This document shows positions 18,861 to 27,123 of a stretch of DNA of 64,000 nt, piece by piece. The notes under the pieces were generated by a model. That model was not told the origin of the DNA. It did not search any database and was given only the letters and a program-made list of their open reading frames with translations. The position numbers were made by a program, and so were the translations under genes. Location of the stretch: NCBI RefSeq assembly GCF_049295055.1, contig NZ_JBAQQF010000053.1, positions 61,871 through 125,870 of the forward strand, in the 5' to 3' direction. Source of the DNA: Psychrobacter sp. (GTDB lineage: Bacteria; Pseudomonadota; Gammaproteobacteria; Pseudomonadales; Moraxellaceae). Each line of letters begins with the position of its first letter. The first letter of the stretch is position 1.

Positions 18861-18889
18861 CGATAATTCAAACTATATATGAATTATCG
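18861..18889. promoter_or_regulatory. perfect 10-9-10 inverted repeat, candidate upstream activator site (UAS) or operator in the rtcB/rtcR divergent region
   Basis: CGATAATTCA aactatata TGAATTATCG. It lies about 160 nt upstream of the -24 element and about 120 nt upstream of the 136-aa ORF. Confidence 0.4.
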
Positions 18890-19009
18890 ATGCTTAATGA
18901 ACCAAACTATCTTTTACATTTTAATCTAGTGAATTTAGCTACCATATTAACTAAACCAAACTTGCTATTATCAACACTAACCAACTGTATAAACCACAAG
19001 GAGATAAAA

Positions 19010-19420
19010 ATGGGTGCTGAAAGTTATCGGAGTGTCACAAAATACCAAGAAGATACCGAGCAAGCATTAAGCGATTTACAACAGCAAATATTTGCAGCAG
19101 GAGAATATCGCTACAGTGAGGATGCTGAAGCTGGTGATATCGATGAGGCACGCGAGTTTGCAGCCGAGGACGGTACGAAATCTGTGTTAGATATCTATGG
19201 GATTAGTGATGAACCTACAATGGCTCATGCAGCGTTAGTGACCGATGATGAAGCCAGATCATGGTTTGGTTGTACGGAAATCGATGAAAAAGATATACAT
19301 AAGATTGATGATTGCAGCGATTTTTGGACAAGTATGGATAGGGGCGAGGCGCGCTATTTAATTTTATATAAAGATGGTAAGCCTTCGCAGTATTATTTTG
19401 CTGGGCTATCTTTTGATTAA
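19010..19420 (+). CDS. hypothetical acidic 136-aa protein immediately upstream of rtcR
   Basis: ATG at 19010 is preceded by AAGGAGAT (18999-19006). The longer ORF-track start (18890) lacks an RBS and adds an A+T-rich leader. The protein is MGAESYRSVTKYQEDTEQAL...ARYLILYKDGKPSQYYFAGLSFD. I recognise no family. Confidence 0.6.
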   Translation: MGAESYRSVTKYQEDTEQALSDLQQQIFAAGEYRYSEDAEAGDIDEAREFAAEDGTKSVLDIYGISDEPTMAHAALVTDDEARSWFGCTEIDEKDIHKIDDCSDFWTSMDRGEARYLILYKDGKPSQYYFAGLSFD

Positions 19421-19456
19421 TTTGAGCCTAAATATTATTAAGCGATTGAACACTAA

Positions 19457-21154
19457 ATGCGTAAAAATAAAACCGCCGTCATCGGATTTCTCGGAACCAC
19501 GCTAGATAATGGCTTTAATGATAAACGTTGGCAGCGTTGGCGACCGACGGTTAGCCTAGGTTTGCATGATGAGTTACTGGTTGATGAGCTGCATATCTTA
19601 TATAGCACCCGTGATAAGCGGTTGTTTAAGATAATAGTTGATGATATTGCACAGGTCAGTCCGCAGACTAAAGTGATTGGTCACCATGTCTCGTTATCTA
19701 GTCCGTGGGATTTTGCGGAAGTCTATGCTGAGCTATATGACTTTGCGGCAGCGTTTGATTTTCAAGATAATACGGACTATTTGCTGCATCTGACTACGGG
19801 CACGCATGTAGCACAGATTTGCTGGTTTTTATTGGTAGAGGCGGGCTTTATTCCAGCAGATTTGCTGCAGACGTCTCCTTGTCCGAGACCAGATCAAGCG
19901 GATCCGCAAGGTCGCTATCAAGTCATAGATTTGGACGTGTCGCGATATGATGGTTTACGTGCACGCTTTGAGGCGGAAAAACAGCAGCATTGGCAAACCT
20001 TGCAAGCCAATCTGGTTACCCAAAATGCTGCTTATCAACAGCTCATATCCGATATCGAAAAGGTGGCTACGCGCTCAACTGCGCCGATACTATTGATGGG
20101 TGCAACAGGGGCTGGCAAGTCGCAATTGGCTAGCCAAATTTACGCGCTAAAGAAAGCCAAAGCGGATAACTCCGTTCAAAATAAATATGCGTTAAATAAA
20201 TTTGTCGAAGTCAACTGCGCCACCTTGCGCGGTGATACGGCAATGAGTGTGCTGTTCGGTCATGTCAAAGGCGCATTTACGGGTGCAGCTTCAAATCGTG
20301 ATGGGCTATTAAAATCAGCTGACGGTGGCTTGCTATTCTTAGATGAAATCGGTGAATTGGGACTTGATGAGCAAGCGATGTTATTAACCGCATTAGAGGA
20401 GCAGCGCTTTTATCCACTCGGTAGTGATACGTCGATTAACGTCTCGTTTCAGTTGATGGCAGGAACCAATAAAGACTTGCGACGAGCGGTTGCTAATGGC
20501 GAGTTTCGTGCCGATTTATTTGCTCGACTCAATACGTGGACGTTCTTTTTGCCATCGCTGAAAGATCGTCTTGAGGATTTACCCGCAAATATTGATTATG
20601 AGCTGGCACGCCTTGGTAGTGAGCAACAGCAGCAATTTCGCTTTGAGCCAAGCGCACGGCAGTTATACGAAGACTTTGCGATGAGTCGCGAGGCAACATG
20701 GCAAGGAAACTTTCGGGATTTGACCGCCAGTATGATTCGCCTGACCACGCTGGCTGAAAGTAAAGTTATTAGGGTAGAGGATGTGCAAGTAGAGATTGAG
20801 CGTTTGTCCAATCTTTGGGGCTTGCCTGACCATTTTAATAGCATGGCTAATAATAGCCTAAGTAGTTTTAACTCTGACTCTAGTTTAGCGTTAGACAGGC
20901 ATTTAATTGAAACCACAAGTCAGAATACTTTAGATAAATATCTTGATAAAGATATCCTTATGAAGGTTGATACATTCGATGCGGTACAACTGGCCTATGT
21001 CATTGAGGTTTGCATCCAGCATAAGAATCAAGCAGCCGCCGGTCGTTATCTTTATGCTCAAACGCGTGATAAGCTGAAAAGTCCCAATGATAGCGATCGT
21101 TTGCGTAAGTACTTAATGAAGTTTGGGCTTAAGTTTGACGAGCTGATTCGATAA
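19457..21154 (+). CDS. rtcR: sigma-54-dependent transcriptional regulator RtcR (CARF-like N-terminal domain, AAA+ domain, HTH)
   Basis: A 565-aa ORF with an RtcR-type N-terminus (KTAVIGFLGTTLDNGF..RWQRWRPTV). It has Walker A GATGAGKS, the sigma-54 contact loop KGAFTGA, and Walker B LLFLDEIGEL. It is divergent from rtcB. Confidence 0.92.
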   Translation: MRKNKTAVIGFLGTTLDNGFNDKRWQRWRPTVSLGLHDELLVDELHILYSTRDKRLFKIIVDDIAQVSPQTKVIGHHVSLSSPWDFAEVYAELYDFAAAFDFQDNTDYLLHLTTGTHVAQICWFLLVEAGFIPADLLQTSPCPRPDQADPQGRYQVIDLDVSRYDGLRARFEAEKQQHWQTLQANLVTQNAAYQQLISDIEKVATRSTAPILLMGATGAGKSQLASQIYALKKAKADNSVQNKYALNKFVEVNCATLRGDTAMSVLFGHVKGAFTGAASNRDGLLKSADGGLLFLDEIGELGLDEQAMLLTALEEQRFYPLGSDTSINVSFQLMAGTNKDLRRAVANGEFRADLFARLNTWTFFLPSLKDRLEDLPANIDYELARLGSEQQQQFRFEPSARQLYEDFAMSREATWQGNFRDLTASMIRLTTLAESKVIRVEDVQVEIERLSNLWGLPDHFNSMANNSLSSFNSDSSLALDRHLIETTSQNTLDKYLDKDILMKVDTFDAVQLAYVIEVCIQHKNQAAAGRYLYAQTRDKLKSPNDSDRLRKYLMKFGLKFDELIR

Positions 21155-21322
21155 ACTAATGTAATGGTTTGGTTTGGTTTGATGAGCTGGTTTGACGGAT
21201 TTTTTTAATAAGTTAGGCTGATTTTTTTAATCATTACTTTCTATCTCATGTGCTAGCATTTAGAACTGAGAGAAAATTCTCACTATTTATTGTTCAGGAT
21301 AACTGAAGCTAAGGAGAACTAT

Positions 21323-22507
21323 ATGGCAAATTCCACCAAATCACGCTTTGATTGGGAAGACGCGTTTTTATTGCGCGACCAATTAACCGAAGAAGAGCGC
21401 ATGGTTACTGACAGCGCACGTCAATTTTGTCAAAAAGAGCTAATGCCTGGAATCATTCAGGCCAATCGCCATGAGCAGTTTGATCGTAATATTATTCGTC
21501 AGATGGGTGAGATGGGGTTTCTTGGTGTCACTATCGAAGGCTACGGATGTGCAGGCTTGTCGAGTGTCGCTTATGGTTTAATTGCCCGTGAGGTAGAAGC
21601 CGTAGATTCAGGCTATCGTTCAGCAATGAGCGTGCAGTCAAGCTTGGTCATGCATCCGATTTGGGCGTATGGCACTGAAGAGCAGAAAGAAAAGTATCTG
21701 CCTAAGTTGGCTAGTGGTGAGTATGTCGGTTGCTTTGGTCTAACCGAGCCAGATTCAGGATCGGACCCTGCTTCGATGTTAATGCGCGCACGAAAAGTCG
21801 CTGGCGGTTATGAGCTGACGGGTAATAAGATGTGGATTACCAACAGTCCTATCGCTGATGTGTTTGTCATTTGGGCGAAAGATGATACAGGTGAGATTCG
21901 TGGTTTTGTCTTAGAAAAAGGTATGAAAGGCTTGTCCGCTCCTAAAATTGAAGGTAAGTTCTCATTGCGAGCATCAGTTACTGGTGAGATTGTCATGGAT
22001 AAAGTATTCGTCCCTGAAGCCAATGCTTTTCCAGATATCCGCGGTCTCAAAGGCCCGTTTGGTTGTTTAAATAAGGCGCGTTACGGTATTGCATGGGGCT
22101 CGATGGGCGCAGCTGAATTCTGCTGGAAAGCTGCCCGGCAATATACTCTTGACCGCATTCAATTTGACCGTCCGCTAGCAGCAACCCAATTAGTACAGTT
22201 AAAACTTGCTAATATGCAAACAGAGATTACCCTTGGCTTACAAGCGGCGCTACGTGTTGGACGTCTAATGGATGACAATAAAGCCACGCCAGAGATGATT
22301 TCAATGATTAAGCGTAACAATTGCGGTAAGGCGCTGGATATTGCTCGCGTTGCCCGTGATATGCATGGCGGTAATGGTATCTCTGATGAATATCACGTCA
22401 TCCGCCATGTGATGAACTTAGAAGCGGTGAACACTTATGAAGGCACGCATGATATTCATGCGCTTATCTTAGGTCGCGCGCAGACTGGCATTCAAGCTTT
22501 TTCATAA
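21323..22507 (+). CDS. gcdH: glutaryl-CoA dehydrogenase (acyl-CoA dehydrogenase family)
   Basis: ATG at 21323 has AAGGAG at 21311. [20 protein letters not shown] and the C-terminal [22 protein letters not shown] are typical of GCDH. Confidence 0.88.
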   Translation: MANSTKSRFDWEDAFLLRDQLTEEERMVTDSARQFCQKELMPGIIQANRHEQFDRNIIRQMGEMGFLGVTIEGYGCAGLSSVAYGLIAREVEAVDSGYRSAMSVQSSLVMHPIWAYGTEEQKEKYLPKLASGEYVGCFGLTEPDSGSDPASMLMRARKVAGGYELTGNKMWITNSPIADVFVIWAKDDTGEIRGFVLEKGMKGLSAPKIEGKFSLRASVTGEIVMDKVFVPEANAFPDIRGLKGPFGCLNKARYGIAWGSMGAAEFCWKAARQYTLDRIQFDRPLAATQLVQLKLANMQTEITLGLQAALRVGRLMDDNKATPEMISMIKRNNCGKALDIARVARDMHGGNGISDEYHVIRHVMNLEAVNTYEGTHDIHALILGRAQTGIQAFS

Positions 22508-22606
22508 CTGCTAGCCAAGTTTTATGGCGTTATAGTTAATAGTTACATGCATAAGGTGATTGGAAGTATAGTCAGTCCTAAATAAAAGAAATACAAACAT
22601 TATAAT

Positions 22607-22690
22607 GTGCTACTGGTATCAATTTTTCTTACTTGCTGTGCTTACGCAGACAGAGGCTGCGAATAATTAATCCCAGCAGCACTGTATTCT
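22607..22690 (+). repeat. copy A of a ~80-nt hairpin-forming intergenic repeat
   Basis: It aligns colinearly, about 70% identical by eye, with 39643-39725. The shared core is TACGC.GACAGAGGCTGC.AA.AATT.ATCC.AG, and the flanking arms are inverted repeats (CTACTGGTATCAATT / AATTAATCCCAGCAG). Confidence 0.6.
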
Positions 22691-22907
22691 CTTAAAAGTA
22701 GAACCACTACATAAAGATAAAAGAATTTGTTCTTAGGTGTATTAGCAAAACGTTATAACAGTAATGCTTAACTTAGAATGGTGATAGAAGTGTTAGTGAG
22801 GGTTGCGAATGGCTTCTTATCGTTCTTATAATAATAGTTGTTAATATTATCTGTAATCATTAATTGACGAATAACTATAAATAAGCCCAGCGCCAAGGAG
22901 CGTTAAC

Positions 22908-24374
22908 ATGTCTAAAAATACATTAAAGCTATCAAATCCAGATTTACTCAAACAACAATGCTTTATTAAAGATGGCTGGCACGCTGCCAGTGATGCCGCG
23001 ACTATCGATGTGAGCAATCCTTTTAACGGTGAGGTTATTGGTAACGTCCCAAGTCTTACTGAGCAAGATGTTAAAGATGCTGTCGCTTATTCTCATAAAT
23101 TACAGGTTAGTTGGGCAGCAAAAACGGCGCAAGAGCGTAGTGATTTGCTACAGAAATGGGCCGATCTCATTGATGATAATAAAGAAGATTTGGCGATTAT
23201 TATGACCGCTGAACAAGGCAAGCCATTGACCGAGTCGCGCGGTGAGATTGGTTATGCCAACAGCTTTATCCGCTGGTTTGCAGAGGAGGGTAAACGCGTC
23301 TACGGTGATGTCATTCCTGCTACCAAGTCGCAGCTGCGCCATGTCATTATAAAACAGCCTATCGGTGTTTGCGCGGCAATCACGCCGTGGAACTTCCCAG
23401 CGGCTATGATTACTCGTAAGGCGGCTCCGGCATTAGCTGCTGGCTGTACCATGATTATCAAACCTGCTACTGCCACGCCATTTTCTGCCTTAGCACTTGG
23501 CGTATTGGCTGAGCAAGCAGGCATCCCAGCCGGTGTCATCCAAGTAGTTACTGGTAAATCCTCAGTTGTCGGTGATATTTTAACCGGTGATGCACGTATT
23601 CAAAAGTTATCATTTACTGGCTCTACTGAAGTAGGCCGTAAATTGATGGCGCAATGTGCGCCTACGGTTAAAAAACTATCTTTAGAATTAGGTGGCAATG
23701 CGCCATTCATTGTATTTGATGATGCTGATTTAGAAAAAGCCGCTGAAGGCTTAATTGCCTCTAAATTTCGTAATGCTGGTCAAACCTGTGTTTGTGCCAA
23801 TCGTGTTTATGTGCAAGACAGCATTAAAGATAAGTTTTTAGACATCTTTGTCAAAAAGGTAGAAGCGTTAAAAGTTGGTAATGGCATGGATGAAGGCGTT
23901 GATATTGGCCCTTTAATCAATAAAGATGGCTTAGAGAAAGTCCAAGCATTACTAAAAGATGCGCTTGCTAAAGGGGCAACCATAGTCACTGGCGGTGATA
24001 AAAACGATGCTTCAGCGCTTAGCTTTAATCCTACAGTGATTACTAACCTTAGTAGCGATATGGATATTGCCAGTGAAGAAATATTCGGTCCTATCGCCTC
24101 AATATTTACCTTTGAGACCGAAGAACAAGCTATTCAAGCCGCTAATGATACTATTTATGGGCTCGCTGCTTACTTCTATAGTAGTAACTTTGCACGCTCG
24201 TGGCGCGTAACAGAAAGTCTTGAGTACGGCATAGTGGGGCACAATACCGGCATGATATCGACCGAAGTGGCGCCATTTGGCGGTGTAAAGCAGTCTGGCT
24301 TTGGTCGTGAAGGTTCTAAATACGGTATCGAAGAGTATGTCGTAACTAAATACTGGTGCTCTGACATTAGCTAA
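22908..24374 (+). CDS. gabD: NAD(P)-dependent succinate/glutarate-semialdehyde dehydrogenase (GabD/DavD family)
   Basis: A 488-aa ALDH with ELGGNAP and the catalytic Cys context GQTCVCANR. It lies next to gcdH. Confidence 0.88.
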   Translation: MSKNTLKLSNPDLLKQQCFIKDGWHAASDAATIDVSNPFNGEVIGNVPSLTEQDVKDAVAYSHKLQVSWAAKTAQERSDLLQKWADLIDDNKEDLAIIMTAEQGKPLTESRGEIGYANSFIRWFAEEGKRVYGDVIPATKSQLRHVIIKQPIGVCAAITPWNFPAAMITRKAAPALAAGCTMIIKPATATPFSALALGVLAEQAGIPAGVIQVVTGKSSVVGDILTGDARIQKLSFTGSTEVGRKLMAQCAPTVKKLSLELGGNAPFIVFDDADLEKAAEGLIASKFRNAGQTCVCANRVYVQDSIKDKFLDIFVKKVEALKVGNGMDEGVDIGPLINKDGLEKVQALLKDALAKGATIVTGGDKNDASALSFNPTVITNLSSDMDIASEEIFGPIASIFTFETEEQAIQAANDTIYGLAAYFYSSNFARSWRVTESLEYGIVGHNTGMISTEVAPFGGVKQSGFGREGSKYGIEEYVVTKYWCSDIS

Positions 24375-24452
24375 TAGGGTTTATCGTAAAACTGATCACT
24401 TTTTCTAATAAAGAACATATAATTCTAGGGTAGTAAACCAAAAGATTTTTAT

Positions 24453-24487
24453 AAAAAAAGCCTAACGTTTAATGCTAGGCTTTTTTT
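24453..24487. terminator. bidirectional Rho-independent terminator between convergent genes
   Basis: AAAAAAAGCCTA acgtttaatgc TAGGCTTTTTTT, with an A-run and a T-run flanking a 5-6-bp stem. Confidence 0.55.
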
Positions 24488-24508
24488 GGCATACTGATAG
24501 CTGGCAGG

Positions 24509-26011
24509 TTATAAAAGCTCACTAGTTGAAGATTCTTCATCAAGACTTTTATCTTTTAGTACTAAAGAGTCAGGATGCTTTGGCAGTACTTTTTCAGGGT
24601 CGATGGGTTCAGTAGCTATAATTTTAGGATCTAAAGATTTCGTTGCTGGTATGCGTTCATTTTTGCCAGTGGTTTTATAACCAATAACTTTATCATCATT
24701 GGTTTTATAATTAGTGCCTTTATCAATCGCTTTCTTTTTAAGAATAATGGACGGAGTAGGCTGTTGAGTAACTAAGCGCTCGGATGGTTTATTAAAAGGT
24801 TTCATTATCGGTTTAAGGCTTTTTTTAACTCGTCTTACGGCGGCCGCATCAGCTTGTACCTGTTCTTCTGCTAGCGATTTTTCATACAAACCTTTGTACA
24901 CAGTAAGGGTTTCTTCAATCATTTCACGCATAGTGAATTTATTGGTCATCTCAGGGCGAGTGACGCTTTCTAACTGGTTTCTTACTGCTTTACAGAGCGC
25001 ATGGGCATTGTATTTCTTGACCAACCCTTGTGGGTATAAGGGCTGCAAGATTTCGCTAAAGGCGGCTTGATCCCAGCCAATCACAGGCGTACCTAAATGA
25101 ATGGCTTGCAGGGCGTTAATACCGATTGATTCAGGCTCGTTAGCAAGCGCCAACACGATATTGGCCGCTGATAACCACTCACGCATATCGTTACGTTTAC
25201 TACCTACATAGGTAATGCGTTTAGAAAAACCTAAAGTATTGCTGCGTTGGCGAAAGTCTTCATGTGCGACATCACCAGGTCGATAATCCTCATCCATAAT
25301 AATGACATGAATATTCGGGAAATCTGCTTCTAAATTACCCAAGATGTCAATGAGCCATTCTTGTCCATATTCCTTACCAATAATGGTGGGGAATACCAGC
25401 CATTTTTTATTTTCAAGCTCAGGATATTCAGCAAAGGTGTAGCGCAGCCAATATACCGATGGATTATGGCGATAAGGATAACGGCGCGTATCAATACCGC
25501 GATAAATCCGCTTAATCACTTTAGGATCAAGGTCTTCACGGCGTAGGCCTTTTTTAAGGTAATCGGTCACACTATCAGACACGGTAATGATGGTATCAAC
25601 ATCAAGCAATGCTTGTGAATATTTATTAATAGGATAAAAACCATACATGGTTGAGACAAGCTTAGGTCGACGTTTCACACGCGCACGGCGCAGTGCTAAA
25701 TGTAATATCCATGCAGGTGTACGCGAGTGCACATGAATGATATCAGGGTCATATTTTTCGATCAGACGACGCAGCGGCGCGACTTGTAGTAATGACAACC
25801 AAGACTTTTTATTCATATATAGCTGGTGGTAATTATTACCATCACGCTTTAAACGCCTGACCAAATCATTGTCTTCATCAGCACTAGAGATAATGATTGA
25901 AGTATGCTCATTTTTGACCAATGCGCGTCCAAGATGAAAAATACCGCGCTCGGATTCATCATGCTTTAAAGACGATAGTAAGCGCATAACTTTCATAATG
26001 GCGTAGGTCAC
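24509..26011 (-). CDS. glycosyltransferase family 4 (GT-B) with a ~130-aa Lys-rich, low-complexity C-terminal extension
   Basis: A 500-aa ORF with IIHVHSRTPAW in the N-domain and EPESIGINALQAIHLGTPVIG in the C-domain. The start is uncertain: GTG 26011, ATG 25996 or ATG 25987. Confidence 0.75.
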   Translation of the reverse strand: MTYAIMKVMRLLSSLKHDESERGIFHLGRALVKNEHTSIIISSADEDNDLVRRLKRDGNNYHQLYMNKKSWLSLLQVAPLRRLIEKYDPDIIHVHSRTPAWILHLALRRARVKRRPKLVSTMYGFYPINKYSQALLDVDTIITVSDSVTDYLKKGLRREDLDPKVIKRIYRGIDTRRYPYRHNPSVYWLRYTFAEYPELENKKWLVFPTIIGKEYGQEWLIDILGNLEADFPNIHVIIMDEDYRPGDVAHEDFRQRSNTLGFSKRITYVGSKRNDMREWLSAANIVLALANEPESIGINALQAIHLGTPVIGWDQAAFSEILQPLYPQGLVKKYNAHALCKAVRNQLESVTRPEMTNKFTMREMIEETLTVYKGLYEKSLAEEQVQADAAAVRRVKKSLKPIMKPFNKPSERLVTQQPTPSIILKKKAIDKGTNYKTNDDKVIGYKTTGKNERIPATKSLDPKIIATEPIDPEKVLPKHPDSLVLKDKSLDEESSTSELL

Positions 26012-26157
26012 TGGTTTAGAATATTAAGTTGCTATTGTCAGTTAAAAGTCGCTAAAACTCAACCATCAAGATAAAAACATAGCGTTAGATAGTTGGTTTT
26101 TCTAAAGAGAGTTGAAACAGTGTTATACATGAAGGCTTTAAGTAAGTGATAAAACGA

Positions 26158-27042
26158 TTAGCGACGTTTTTGTAGATGCTCGGCATTCGGCAGTACTTGT
26201 TTTTCGCTGAGATATTTCCAATAGCGCTGCGGCAAATATTGCTTATGCAAGCGCGGATTTTTACGCTCTTTAATATTGACGTTGGTAAAGTAACCTTGCC
26301 AAAATTTTTGATAACGAAGTTCGTCCTCGCTATGAATGCTGGCAGGATTACGCAATACCGCATCATCAAGGTCAGTGATGGTTTGCAAAGCGGCAGGGCG
26401 CGAGGGTGTACTTAGACTTTTGTCATAATAAATACCAAAACCGCGACGGATATCATAAATTGCCCAATGTTGATCTTGATAACGCTGGCGAAAATGCTCA
26501 CCAATCAATGGCAATACATTAAAGTCAGGCTCCACGCGCGCAAAATAGATATCATCAACCGTATGCTCAAAGCGCACAAATGCTTCCATACGATGCTTCT
26601 CACGACCAACGGACTTGACCGTTTGTACCAGCTCTAAAACATTCAGATTGCCTAAATCGTCCATAACAGAACGACTCGGGTAGTCAATGGCGTATTTTAC
26701 CACTCGAAACAAGATGCTACCGATATTATATTTCTCTGATAAAAATCCCCATAGGATATTGCGCAACCCTGAGCGACCTAAGAGTGTATTCAGTTTTACT
26801 AGCACTCGCTCAGCTTTGTCGCCATCAGTATCAACGCTGGTCGCTTGAGCAATTAATGAGGGTACATAACAATCTTGTGCCGTTAATTGAAGCGATACAT
26901 CGTCTTGTAATTTGTGGGCGTAGACATAAGACACAGCACTGAGCCAACCTTCAAAACTTGGCTCATAAAGTACGATACTTGGCGTCAATTGACCCACAGG
27001 ATACGTTGCACTCTGGGTAAGCTCCGATATCGGTTGCGACAT
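26158..27042 (-). CDS. TIGR03915-like putative DNA metabolism/repair protein (partner of the radical SAM protein)
   Basis: A 294-aa ORF immediately downstream of the radical SAM gene. The pairing and size match my recollection of the TIGR03915/TIGR03916 pair. Confidence 0.65.
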   Translation of the reverse strand: MSQPISELTQSATYPVGQLTPSIVLYEPSFEGWLSAVSYVYAHKLQDDVSLQLTAQDCYVPSLIAQATSVDTDGDKAERVLVKLNTLLGRSGLRNILWGFLSEKYNIGSILFRVVKYAIDYPSRSVMDDLGNLNVLELVQTVKSVGREKHRMEAFVRFEHTVDDIYFARVEPDFNVLPLIGEHFRQRYQDQHWAIYDIRRGFGIYYDKSLSTPSRPAALQTITDLDDAVLRNPASIHSEDELRYQKFWQGYFTNVNIKERKNPRLHKQYLPQRYWKYLSEKQVLPNAEHLQKRR

Positions 27043-27123
27043 TATTTATCCTAAGATAGCTTTAAAAAGTATGACTTTTAAAATATAACTTTATGTTTTA
27101 AAAGCCCTTTACTGATAGTAGGT

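Noticed and set aside
18890-19009. 40-codon N-terminal extension of the 136-aa ORF. Similar upstream extensions occur in the track for rtcB (18630-18665), the secreted protein (29566-29703), the glutamate-synthase-like gene (13558-13626) and metK (55522-55542).
   Set aside because: The extensions lack RBSs, are A+T-rich or hydrophobic junk, or start at TTG/GTG. The downstream ATGs have Shine-Dalgarno sequences and match conserved N-termini.
26085-26369. 94-aa minus-strand ORF overlapping the 3' end of the TIGR03915-like gene in another frame.
   Set aside because: It is an alternative frame of a supported gene and is hydrophobic or low-complexity.
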